DNA of 64,000 nucleotides. It comes from Lama guanicoe (lineage: Eukaryota). Both the position numbers and the translations under genes were made by a program. The stretch covers positions 11,697,003 through 11,761,002 of the forward strand of contig MU053934.1 in assembly GCA_013239625.1 (NCBI GenBank), given 5' to 3'. Below, piece after piece: positions 49,321 to 61,086 of this stretch; positions within the stretch are counted from its first letter, which is position 1, and every line of letters begins with the position of its first letter. The notes beneath the pieces were generated by a model, which was not told the origin of the DNA, did no database searches, and saw only the letters and a list, made by a program, of their open reading frames with translations.

Positions 49321-49809
49321 GTTCGGGGCCGGGGTGCTGGCAACCTGCCCGGCAGCTGAGCCTGAGCCCCTCCCCAGGGGCTCAGGATTGCGGGTGCGGG
49401 GAGGCCCTGGGGAGGGGACAGGACCGGGGCTCGGGACCACGGCTGGGCCGTGGCGCCCCTGCTGCGGGAGGACCCGGCCGGGTCAGCCGAGAGGGGCCCC
49501 TCGGGGCGGGGCAGCCGGAGCCTGGAGCGGCCCAGGTCTCCGTGGGCGGGGGCTGCAAAGTCACCCGGAGGCGCGTCTGGATGGGCAGAGACGCGCCCAC
49601 ACAGGCCTCCCTCCCCTTCCGCAGAGCACCTGCTCACAGCAGGGGTTCCACGCCTGCTCGAGAACGACTCAAAGCCAAGGCCGCCGCCGTCCTTGGAGCA
49701 GGAGCCACGCGCGGTCACACAGCCTGAAGGAGCCGCGTGCACAACGCCAGAGTCTTACTAGACAACAGCAACTTCTGTTTGTGGACTTGTTACATTGTTC
49801 TCTTCCCCA

Positions 49810-50055
49810 CTTTTGTTTTAACCGGAGCACAGTCGGTTTACAGCGCGGTGCCGGTTTCTGGTGTGCAGCACCACGCTCAGCCACGCATGCCCACACGTAT
49901 GTTCGTTTCATATCCTTTTTCACTGTGGGTTCCCTCACAACACTGAATATGGCTCCCTGTGCTGTGCAGCAGAAACTTACGGTTTATCTATTCTATATAC
50001 GGTAGTTAGTATCTGCAAATCTCGAACTCCCGATTTACCCCTTTCCACCCCCTTT
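49810..50055 (-). mobile_element. Young camelid-type L1 3' end stub
   Basis: cagtcggtttacagcg...tccctgtgctgtgcagcag...tagtatctgcaaatctcgaactccc. Confidence 0.85.
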
Positions 50056-52094
50056 AAAACGCTAGACTGTATCTGCCATCCCAGAAGGGGGAGGGGAGGC
50101 TAGAACGCCGTCGCACGCCCGGGGGCAGGGTGGCTGCGTGGGGTTCTGTCTGTGACCACAGAGACGGAGGCGCAGGCCGGGGGCTCCACCTAAGGACGAC
50201 CGCAGGGAGGAGCAGCGAGCAGGACACTTGCTGTCTAGACGAGCAGGGAATTCTAAGTCAGAGGAGGTGTAGCGCATGCGGCCAAAGACTGGAAATCCAC
50301 GAAACAGCAAGGAGGCAAAAAAGAAAAAGCAGAATGAAGCATTTTTTTTAATTTGGAAGCGTTAAAGCAGCAAGCAGCGGACGTCCGTGAGGAAGGACAG
50401 TGGGCGCAGGAGCGGGGCCCGGCCGCGTGCGGGGTGCCACGCGCGTCACCCCTGCCCCAGCCGCGTCCTCCCGAGACCCCGAGGCCGCGGGACGCGAGGT
50501 GGGGAGGTTTGGACGAGACCCAGGCTGTGACTCGAGCCCTGCCGCCGCGCAGCTCCCTGGGTGCGGCCGCGTGACCCCTCGCCTGTTCTCTCCGCCCCGT
50601 CACGAGAGGATCACATTGACCCCGAGGCCGTGGGGAGGCTGGAGGAGCGGAGGCCCCCGGGAGACGCTGAAGGGGCCTCCGTGTCCGGCGGCTGCGATCA
50701 GATGCCGCCCCGGGTGTTCTGTCTACTATCGGTGACAAATGTAGTCATGAGATTGAACTTGGGACAGCAATGCGTCTATGAAATATTTAACCATCCGGGA
50801 CATGAATGAAGCATGTGGGACCCTCGCCCGCCGGTCGCAGGGGCCCAAGGTCACCACATCCTCCAGTTTACGTGAGCGAGTGTCGACGCCCCGCTGGTCT
50901 TCAGCCTGGGACCCCGTGGTCGGCGCGTGTGCCCATTGGACTATTCCAGGAATACATTTGCACATTGATCGGCTCAGTCGTCCCTCAAATTCAAGAATGC
51001 GTTTTTGTGATTCTTTGAGCAGAGCAGGGCAGCTGAGCATCTGACTGGTCTACGTCAGCGTTTGTAGCTGAGGGGACACGAGAGAAGCTCACCCGGAAGA
51101 CTCAACGTCAAAGCGAAACCCCCACAGCTGGGACGGGGCCGGGCCCTCGAAGGCCTCCCAAAGCAGCCTGCTGTCCTCGTGTTTTAACACCTGCCGTCTG
51201 ATTAAGACGTAACCTGCAGCAGGTGAAGAAGCCGCGCTCCTGGTCACTGTTGAGGCAGACAGCGCTCCGGGCCCCCGGGGAGAACCTGTCCTGAGCAGTG
51301 AGCTGAGGAGGGATCTTGTTAGGAGCCTGACCAGATGCGACGGCTCCTCCCTCTTGCTCCAAACACGTGGCAATCGTGGAAGACAGGAGCAAGAGCTGAA
51401 ACCGCAGCTCCGCACTACGTCAAGAAAGCAGAGGGCTTGTGTCCCGGGAACACAGTGGGTGGGGGGGCGGCCAGGTGAGCAGGAGGAGGCCCGGACGACG
51501 GGGCCACTGGAGGCAGGACGGGGACTTGTGGCCGACGGTGACCAAGAGCCCACGGCCGCCGAGGGCTCACCGCCACCTGCCTCCTCCTCCCCGCAGACCC
51601 TGAGCCTGGGGCTTCGCCCAGCACCGCGACGCAGCCAGCCCTCCCCAGCCGGCTGCTCCCACGGTCCCGGCTCCCTCGCACGCTGGCCTCAGGAGCCGAG
51701 CACTGGCAGACATCCCTGTGCCCTGCTCGTGGGACGAGAAATGGGCACCGGTCCTCGGGGGGCAGGGCGACATTGTTGCGTGAGGCTGCGCGTGCACGGC
51801 CCACCACCCGGCAAATCCACTCTCACACCCACGCTCTAGGGAGGCACCGACGGTGCGAGCCCGGAGGCGGTGCCGCGCGCGGCCCGGACGAGCCCCGCGT
51901 TCTCAGCAGCAGCGGGGTGACTAGACTGTGCTGTGGTCGCCGTCAGAATTCTGTTCACATGTGAAAGCGAGTACATTTGGTTCGTCCATTGCACTGGGCG
52001 TGTCGGGAAGCACGTAACAAGTCACACCGGAACACGGCGTGAGCCCGTCCACAGAAAGTCAGACACGCGCGGCGCTGGGGGGGCGCCCGTGCGG

Positions 52095-53046
52095 GGCCGT
52101 GGCTCCGAGAGGAGCTTGGCTGGGGACCCTTTACACACGGAGACATCAGTGACGCACCAAAGAGCTTTTAACATGGGTGCTGTCTGGCCATGTTTATATC
52201 GGAAATTAAAATAGGAAGTTGAAAGAATAAAATCATGCCATTTGCAGCCACCTGGATGGGCCCGGAGGTCGTCACTCTAAGTGAAGTGAGCCAGGCAGAG
52301 AGAGAAAATATCAGATGAGATCACTCCTATGTGGTATTTTTTTTTAAAGACACTGATGAACTTATTTACAAAACAGAAACAGACTCACAGACATAGAAAA
52401 CGATCTTATGGTTACCGGTGGGGAAGGGGGTGAAAAGGGATAAATTGGGAGTTCAAGATTTGCAGATACCAACTCTTATATAGAAGCAGATAAACAACAA
52501 GGTCCTACTGTGCAGCACAGGGAACTGTATTCAGTATCTTGCAGTGACCCGTGGTGGAAAAGGACACAAAAAGGAGTATGTGTGTGTATGTGTGACTGAG
52601 GAGACATGGCACTGTGCACAGACTCGGACACGACATTGTAAACTGACTAGACTTCAATTAGAAAAAAATGTATAAAGTTCAAAATATTTGTATTAATTCC
52701 TTTTAAAATCGCAGGAATAAATGCAGTACACGTTGACACAAACGTATTTTGACGGACAATGACTATATTTTCCCAAACGAAAAACACTGAGTGATCAGAG
52801 AGATTCCACTTCATATTTTTGCAGATCTCTTAGGTGTCTGGTGTCACAGACGATTTCTGGACACTCACACCTGCTTCTGCACCCCACACGTTGTGACGTC
52901 CAGAAACACCGCTATATTCTCCAGGGAGAAGGAGGGCGAAAATGGCAATGAGCATCCTTGTGTTATTCTGAAAACAGGGTCTCAGGACCTGCAGATAGAG
53001 CCCCGGGGGCCCCAGGAGCCCCGGGAACGCGCTCTAAGAACCACTG
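52095..53046 (+). mobile_element. Charlie1-family hAT DNA transposon, interrupted by an L1
   Basis: Left part ggaccctttacac...ccaaagagcttt...gaaattaaaa; right part ctatattttcccaaac...tttttgcagatctctt...ctgcttctgca...ctaagaaccactg (terminal inverted repeat-like end). Confidence 0.75.
52221..52668 (+). mobile_element. Young camelid-type L1 3'UTR inserted in the Charlie1
   Basis: aataaaatcatgccatttgcagc...aaacagaaacagactcacagacatag...ttgtaaactgactagacttcaattagaaaaaaa. Confidence 0.92.
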
Positions 53047-53141
53047 GTGTAGAGACTCACACCTGTGCTGGGAGGGGGTCGAGAAAAGCAACCAAAAAAT
53101 AAGGCACGGACCACGACCACGGGAAGCCTGTCACATCACGG

Positions 53142-53228
53142 GGACACGCACGCACACGCATGCACACACGTGAACACATTCATGCATGCACACGCACACA
53201 CGTGCACACACACATGCACACACGCACA
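53142..53228. repeat. Alternating purine-pyrimidine (CA/CG/TG) tract
   Basis: acacgcacgcacacgcatgcacacacgtg...cacacatgcacacacgcaca. Confidence 0.85.
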
Positions 53229-55601
53229 GCAGGGCTGGGGTCAGTGCTTGAGAGAAAGCAAACAGCACGGTGTCAAAGCAAAGAGGAGGAGACCCTGACC
53301 TTCACTCTGGGAACGAGGGCTTGTGGACATGAGGAGAGCTCCGGGTCAACAGCTCGGGGAGTTTGACGAGCAGAGCCTGGGCAGGTGGGGTGGGAAGCAG
53401 GGCGAGTGGAGGAACTGCGTGGTGACCCCTGGGGCCACCTCAAACCAGCGCCGGGGAGAGTGGAGTCACTGCTGCTGCGGGAACAGACGGCGTGGCGGCT
53501 CGGAGCCGATGCCACGACGCGGGGTGGGGGTGCCTCCCGGGGGCTGGGGGCCCTGGGGGGTGCCAGCTCTGGACGGAGGGAAGGACGGGGGCGGTCCCCC
53601 CCCCGTCCACTCCCTCGGGTCCGAAAGACATGTCTTATTCCCGAGTTAACAAGATTTCTTCAAAGCAAAGTTGGCCACAATAGTGTCTTCTCTCAAATTT
53701 TGCTCAAAATGGACTTTCTCGGAGCTCCGAGCTGTCCCTAAGTTTCCTATAAATATCACGGCGAGAGAAAGGAAGTAACAGTTACAGCGGACCCCTGTCG
53801 CCCGGCCCCAGAAACAGTCCTGTTCCCTTTCTTGTGAGTCAGGAGACGGCGCCACAGGGCAGCGTTTATCCCCCCGACTCAGCAGCCTCGGACCTGGATT
53901 TCTGACGAATTCAACTGTCAGATGTTCACAACCTGGAATCTGTGATGTGATTCAGATTTTTCTTTTCTTGTATTCGGCCCTATAAGGGTGGCAGAAAGTA
54001 TTAATCGTGCGTGCAGCTCGGGGACTGGACCAGCACCCCCCCCAAGTAAATTATAAATTGAATCGTCCTCCCACCGCCGACAGCTCCCGGGGGCGCCGCC
54101 TTTAGTCATTTGAGAAGGTGGTCCACCTGCACAAAGACGCTTAGAGACGCTCCCGCGTGGGGCGGGGGCGATGGCTCCTGCTCCCCCTGCCCCTCCCGCG
54201 GGGCACCCCCAGATGCACGTGCAGCGGAAAGTGAAGTCTGAAATGGAGCCTGTAGCCCATTGCGTCAAGCAGATGAGAAACGCCCCTTTTAATGGAATGA
54301 AAGAGGAACGGATGATTACTGCCCTGATTGACGGCTGCGTGCTGTGGCTCCAGTCAGAGGAGTATAAATAAATCCAGGTGTGATCACCTGGCCGTGGGGT
54401 CGCCCAGTCGTGGATCCCCAACTGGGGGCAGCATCCGTGCACCTGGCGACCAGCGCCGGCCCCGGTCCTCTGGCATTTCCGCCTCAGAGCGTCACTTACA
54501 CACTCAGCCCCCTGACCGTGGCCACGGGGGTCCTCGGAGGGGTCACTGGCACGGGCACCCCACTTCACAGGCGGGAAGCTGAGGCTGGCTCCTGGTCCTC
54601 TTGGGGTCTAGAACACTCCGTCCGCCCGGAGAACCCCAGGGTGTCCTTCTCCAGGAGACCATTGGAAATTGAAGCGAGTTGGGCAAAATGACCACGCAGA
54701 CTGCAGGGCCTTAGTGTGTCCTGGGGGACGCCGGGTCGCTGAGCTCAGAGGGTGGGCCCCCCTGTCGCCTGCTCGGGCTGGTGGCGGGCGGCCCCTCTCT
54801 GTGCAGCTCTCGGGACACATGACACCCTCCTGGCCGTTTCTGCACCTCCTTCCTGGGTCCGGGGTCACCTGCCTCGTGGGACCAGGGACGGACGTGCAGG
54901 GGCTCTGGACCCCGGAAGCCCCTTCGGGGCAAAGGTAGACAGTTCCACTCACAGCGCGCCTTCGCCCCCGGAGCCCAGACAGCCCAGCGCGTCCGCCAGT
55001 GTCTCCGAGCCCTCGGCCCTGAGGCAGGAGCGGACGCAGGCCCCAGCCGCCGCTCACATGCAGCGGCGGCCACGCGGGCCTGACTGCGCTTTGGCTCCAC
55101 CATTGGAAGGGGCTTCTTCTCAGCGGCTGAGAGCACAGCTGTCGTCCTCGCGTCTGCGGCAGCGTGCCGAGCTCCGGCCTTGCTGAGGCCACGGGCCCTG
55201 CTCTGCTGACGACAGCGGCCTGGGGTTCTCACTGGGGGTGTCTCCCGCCCCCCGCCCCCCCAGCGTCCGTGAGGTTTCCACGAGTCACACGCTCTTCCCA
55301 GACCCGCTGGGCACGGAGGAGGACCGGGACTCGCGACGGTGGATGGAACAGGAGCGCGATGGCAGAGGGTGGTCCCGCGCCGCCCTGCTGTCACTACCTG
55401 GGTTGGACCTCGGTGCCGGCTCGTTGGAGAAGGAAGCCGGGGGCCCAAGCAGAGCGCTCGCCTGGCCTCTCTCTGTTGCCCTATAATTAAGATGCATAGT
55501 TTTCTGTGGGTTTTGAAATATGCTAAACACGGAGACTGGACTACAATTTCTCAACCCAGGCTCATTTGAAATCTTCTGAACAGCGACATCACTCAGTGCG
55601 T

Positions 55602-55666
55602 TTTTGCAGATAATTGTATGTTTCACAGATAATTGTATGTTTTGCAGATAATTGTATGTTTTGCAG
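55602..55666. repeat. 19-bp minisatellite ttttgcagataattgtatg, 3 copies plus a partial
   Basis: Units at 55602, 55621 (variant tttcac) and 55640; partial at 55659. Confidence 0.95.
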
Positions 55667-57324
55667 CTGGGACGTTCGTTCCCTTGACCCCAATGCGGTC
55701 CTGGGCCTTCCAGTGGGGGTTCCTGGGTCTGCAGACGCCTGCAGGGCCACCCCTGGGATTCCCGAGGGAAACGGTGCAGGCGGCCTCCCCACCGCTCAGG
55801 GTCTGAAAGGCTGCCTCCTTGACCCAGTTTCCCGGGAGAGTGGATTAAGAAGCACACAAGGCAATTGCAGAGGGCAGCGAGGGTCGCCCGCAGGACCAGG
55901 GAGCCCAGGAGGATGGCGGCTCCGTGTAGGCACAGAGGGCGGTGGTGCAGATGCCAGGACGGCTCCACCAACAGCGGTCACTGGGAGGAAGACCAGCCAG
56001 GAGGTCAGGGCCACAGAGCAGGATGGGGGCAGCTGGGTGAGGGGCACCGCGACCCCAGGCCACGTGCAGGTGAAATTCACAGAGATGTGCGGTTTAGGGA
56101 GGGGAGTTGAGGAAGGACGGCCCCCGAGGTTGTGGCTGGAGTGAATCACGCACTGTGCTCTGAGAGCTGGGACACTGGAGGTGGGGTCAGAGAGAGACGG
56201 GCCTGGGGTCCAAGGGCTCAGTGGGGTCACGTGAGGGGTGGGACGCGGGGAAACCCCAAAGAGGGCTCGAGTAGCAGCTGGAGTGACAGGCTCTGGATGC
56301 AAACAGAGGTCTGGGCGGGAGACAGCGGGCGGCTTTCCCGTGAGTTCAACAGGCTGTGCTGTCCATGGAAACAGTAAGGAGAGGGGCCCGGCTAAAACCC
56401 CGAGAAGACGCGGAAAGTCCCAGTCCTGCAGAAGGGAGACATCGAAGGAGAACCCCAAAAGCACGGGCAGAAAGCCAGCAGACAAAGCAGGGGGTTGCAG
56501 CAGCCCTGGGGCCCGGAGCCGGGGGTGCACGTGGTGACGCACGGACAAGAAAGCACAACTGCAGGCGCCATGGTGTCCCCAGCTCGGCTGCAGCAGTTAC
56601 ATGGTCGTGGTAGCCGCTCCGTGTGTGCGGAATCTTGACAAAAATAGACACAGAGTTCAGGGAGACCTAATGGCTGATGACGGGGGAGGCTCCCTGACTG
56701 GGGTGTGCACTGGTTTGTGGCTTATGCAAGTGTAGACGCTTCAGGAACGTGCTTCTAAGCTGGTGGGCACTGTCTGGTAGAGGCTTGTGCCAAGAGCAGA
56801 GCAGAGATCGCCTGGGAGGGGAACCTCACAGACTACGCACGGGGACGTGGGGCCCAGGCTGCACAGCCCGACGGGAGGAGGGGCCGTCCTCGCTGCGACA
56901 GGAGCGGGGAGGTGAGGGCGGCTGGTGGCGGTTCTCCAGACGTGGGGGCGGGAGGACTAAGGAGAGCTCACGGGCGAGCGGACAGCCTCTCAGGGAGCCG
57001 CCAGGCCACGAGCTGGAATCCAGGGCGGGGGGTGGGGGGGCCTGTGTACCGGGGAAGGGGCGAGATGTGGTGTGGACGCGGCAGAACCAGTGAATCTTCC
57101 CCGTGGCCAGGCCGGCCGTCGTGGCTCCCGGGACTCCGGCCCCCAGACCCCTGATTTCCCCGGAGACACCCAGATGCCTGACCGCAGGTGTGCGAAGTCA
57201 GGGATTTGTCCAAAGTTGGGTTTTCCTGGGTGAGTGTATGTCCAAGGATGGACCCTGAGCCCAGGCTGGAAACGCGAGGGGTCCCAAGGGGAGGGGCTGG
57301 CACGGAGGGCGTCTTGAGGGCTGC

Positions 57325-57500
57325 GATGACAGTAGTGAGTGCTTACGAAGCGCTGAATTCTTCCTGCCGGCTGTGTTCTCCAAGATTCGTATTATTCATG
57401 TATTCACAGCTCGTAAGGACCCTGTGAACTGGGGCCACTTTTGCCTCCGTTTTGCAGGAGAGGAAGTTGAGAAGCAGAGAGACCCCCGGACGTCCACGGT
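57325..57500 (-). mobile_element. MIR SINE
   Basis: ccctgtgaactggggccacttttgcctccgttttgcaggagaggaagttgagaagcagagag. Confidence 0.75.
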
Positions 57501-57734
57501 CAAGCACTGGCCGGGGCCGCGTCGGCCGCTCTTCCCTCGAAGCAAAACATCCCAAGCTGGCGGCGTGCGCCCACCTGCCTGTGTTCCCCACACGTCTGGG
57601 GTCAGCTCCGGGGCAGGGGAGGGCGGGCCCTGCGTCCGCGTTCTGCTGCCGGGCGTCTGAGCCCGTGAGACGGAGGGTGGGTGGGGATCAAAGTGGGACC
57701 TGTCAGTGTGTCATTTTGATGTCAGATTAAGAAA

Positions 57735-57960
57735 TGGGGGCGTAAATTGGGAGTTCAAGATTTGCAGATACTGACTGGTATACGGAGACAAACAAGGGTG
57801 TACTGTGTAGCCAGGGAACTATGTCCGAGACCTCGTAGCAGCTTACGGTGAAAAAGAATGAGAACGAACATACGTGTGTTCTCGTGTGGCTGAAGCACTG
57901 TGCTGTGCACCAGAAACTGACACAGCGTTGCAACCTGACCACACTTCAAACCAAAAAAAA
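57735..57960 (+). mobile_element. Young camelid-type L1 3' end stub
   Basis: taaattgggagttcaagatttgcagatact...ccagaaactgacacagcgttg...cacttcaaaccaaaaaaaa. Confidence 0.9.
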
Positions 57961-57994
57961 GAGACGGGGGCTGTTCAAGGAGCACATTGGATGT

Positions 57995-58240
57995 TTTCTT
58001 CATTAATTTTAAGCATCAGAGCAGATTAAAAAATTCCGCGCATTCTATGCCCTGGATGATGTGAACTACGTGAATGAACAGTGATTGAAACAATTTAACC
58101 AACATTCAGCCGAGATCTGTCCCCAGGGGACGGAACTGCGAAGCAGAGCAATTTGCATCTTTCTGTTTGTGTGCACATTCCAAATGCTCCACAATGAGGC
58201 TGCGCTAATTGCGCGTTACGGAAGGATGATTTAGGAAAGA
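57995..58240. promoter_or_regulatory. Candidate enhancer with SOX, octamer, TEAD and homeodomain motifs
   Basis: AAACAAT 58088, ATTTGCAT 58151-58158, ACATTCCA 58175, ACAATG 58191, CTAATTG 58205. Confidence 0.45.
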
Positions 58241-58734
58241 TAACTGGGCTTTGCTTCCTGGGCGTGGAAGTAAGCTGACAGCAAACACCCTGGAAGCGGC
58301 ACATTCCGAACAAGCCCCCAGAGCAGGGCACGCGGCTCCAAGCTGCCCACGGCCAACGCCGGCTGGCGTCCGGGGCCCTGCTCCCGGAGCCTCCCCGCGC
58401 CTCCTCCCCGGGCTGTTGGTGGATCGAAGTCCAGGCATCGCCGTCTCCCCCGGCGCTGGCTCCACGTGTGGGATTCATGACCCAGCAGGCCCTCAGCAGG
58501 AAGGACGGGGCTCTGTCGTCTTAAAGGCAAACAGTACACTCCTCCACAAAAACCAGCAGATGACGAAATTGGCGTTTATTATCAGTGCACGCCTCCGACA
58601 CCGCGCTCAGCCCTGGGACCCCCTCCCCGCCGCGCTCACCGCCGAGCTGCAGGGGGGGCAGCGCCGACCCCTGCACCGCGGTTACTGCGTGCAGGGGCGA
58701 CTTTGGGTCCTTCCTGTGTTTGACTCATTTCATC

Positions 58735-58972
58735 TTTGTTTTTTCAGTTGCAGTGTTGTCGTTACAGTGTTGTGTTAGTCTCTGGCGTGCAGCAGTGAGT
58801 CAGTCACGCACACACGCACACTCTTCGTTGTAAGTTACTGCAGGACAGTGAGCCGCTCCCTGAGTTGCCAGGGGTACTTGCTGTTTGCCTCTTTTACATA
58901 CAGCAGTGTGTCTGCTGACCCCAAACTCCAGTTCACCCCTCCGGCCTCCCCCGAAGCCCTGCGTCTGTGACC
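58735..58972 (-). mobile_element. Young camelid-type L1 3' end stub
   Basis: ttacagtgttgtgttagtctctggcgtgcagcagtgagtcag...cagtgtgtctgctgaccccaaactcc. Confidence 0.8.
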
Positions 58973-60614
58973 CACTCAGTTAACCCGCAGTCCCCTTTGA
59001 GGCAGGCGCTCCTCCTGCCCCCGACTCACTGGGGAGGGGGTTGACGGCGGAGGCTGACCAACTCCCCTCCCCCGGGGACACAATCCCTGCGCTTCTGAGC
59101 TGAACGCCCGCGGGTCTGTCCTCTGCCCTGTACCAGATGGGAACCCGCTCAGAGGTGCGACGTGCGGAACCTGAGCTCACCCTCGGGGTGAGCAGACACA
59201 GTGAGAGACGTGGGCCGGGGGCGGGGCTGCAGGTGGGAGAGGCGAGGGCTGGGGAGGCAGCAGCGGCGGGCCCGCCAGGCCCTGGGCTCTGCACGTGACT
59301 ATTCCTGGGTCTGAACCCCTAACCGTGCTTGGATGGCCAGGGCAGGACAGGACGTCCTCGCCGAAATGAGGGAGGAAACCATGGGGAGCGCTGGAAGGAG
59401 GCTGAGAGACGCAGCAGAGGCCTGCCGCGTGCGGGGGGGCAGCGCTAGGAGGGGAGGGGACAGCGATGGGAGCTGAAGCAAAACTGAGGGAAAGATTGCC
59501 CAGGGGTTTTCCAGAACTGATGGAAGGCACGACCCTGAAAATCTTACAAGCCTCGTGAACTCTAAGCAGGCTTCACCCCTGGTCGGGGCGTCTCGGGAGG
59601 TGACATCCAGACCACCTGGCGACGCCGGGGTCCCCGGCACAGGGAGGGGCGTGGAGGACTCGGGGCGTCCTGAGCCACAGCAGAAGGCGGGGCACCCCAG
59701 GGAGGCAAGAACAGAGGGAGGCGGAGAGGGGAGACGCAGGGCCGGGGCCGGGCACTGAAGGGCACGGTGAGGCCGGCGGGCTCTGTCCCACGTGCGCGCA
59801 GTAGCGTGATCCACCTGCGATTGGGAAGGCTGGTCTGGTTGCGATGCGGAGTCTGGAACGAGGATGGGGGGACGAGCTCGGGGTCCTAGGAGACGCCTGT
59901 GGCCCAGCAGAGGGGATGGGGGACTAGACCAGGCAGAGGACAAAGGGGCTTAATGTGAATGGGTTACAGGCAGAGCTGGAGAAAAACATGGCAGCCCACG
60001 CTCCCAGCTTAATGTGCAGAGACGGACAGCTCCTCCCGGAGCAGCACGTCCAAGGACGGGAGTCCGTCCTGCTCCAGTCGCTGGAAACTGTCAGGAGTGG
60101 GGCAGCGGGAAGCTGGGCGCCCCAACGGGGAGAGGAAGGCTCCCTCCCCCCTGGAGGCGCCTACTGCGTTCTCACTGCTATTCAGAACGTTCGGTCGGTC
60201 GTCTCCTCTGTGACTCTCTAGCCGCCGCCGCAGTACAAAGAGCTCCCTTCACCTCCCAGTGCTGAGGGGAGTCTCTGATTTTCCGCCTTCCACTTACCGT
60301 CTAAGTCCCCGCTGGTCCAAGGGCGCTCCGATCTCCATCCTCTGACGTCTGTCTGTCCTCCAGTGCCCCGTCACCCAGACTCAAACATCCTAACGCTTTC
60401 CAAGCCCTGGCCCTGCGCACAAGAACACGGTTCATCATGGACGTTGCGCGGTTGCTTCTGTGGTTGTTTGAAAATTGGAACGCTGTTAACCCCTCTCTGA
60501 TTGTAACCGTCTTAAATCTTGCTTAACAAAACTTTTCTGTCCCAAGATACTGTTTCCCTTTCAATGTAGAGCTTGTTTACAAAACGTCATTGCTTGAAAA
60601 GCGTGCATCCTTCT

Positions 60615-61075
60615 TAGCGTGGCTGAAGCATTCGTGCTGTGAGCGGGCGCTCCGCCGCCAGCCGGGGCGCGCCCCGGGGACGCGAAACGCGGGCACGTTC
60701 GGCGCATTTGGGTGAAGTCTCTACGCGTCCATGAGGTGAGGTGGACAAATCACGTCCCCGAGTTCTTGTGTGTCCGCTGCGTTTCCTTCTCCGTCTAGGA
60801 GTTCCTGAGAGGCGAGCGTGAACCCTCCCTGCCTGACAGTGGGTTTTTTGCTTCTCTTTGCAGACTCGCACGCCTGTAAGCGCTTAGCAGGGCGCGCCAC
60901 CCTTCTTCGCTCGGACTGGCCCTTTCATCGTGGAGCCGCCCTTCTCCCCTCCGGAGGCGTTTACCTCCGACTCTCCGGCTTGTCTGCTATTTGTAAAGCC
61001 CCGGGTTCCCTTTGGTTTGGGTCCGGTGGTTTGTATTTGTTTCCATCCTGTTATTATCAATGCCCAAATTCCCCC
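60615..61075 (-). mobile_element. Old L1 ORF2 endonuclease region, GC/CpG-converted; resumes at about 61815-61960
   Basis: ctgagaggcgagcgtgaaccctcc...ttgtctgctatttgtaaagcc...tttccatcctgttatt keeps antisense L1 order; its start parallels 27160-27300. Confidence 0.65.
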
Positions 61076-61086
61076 CGTCTTCATTG

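Noticed and set aside
49016..50005. Longest ORF (329 aa) as a protein-coding gene
   Set aside because: Low-complexity Gly/Pro/Arg/Ala sequence with no recognisable domain; it runs through a MIR and an antisense L1 tail
50272..50280. Second NRF1-like site GCGCATGCG
   Set aside because: Incomplete consensus and no immediately adjacent GC boxes
55602..55666. CRISPR-like array
   Set aside because: Head-to-tail units without unique spacers, in mammalian DNA with no cas genes
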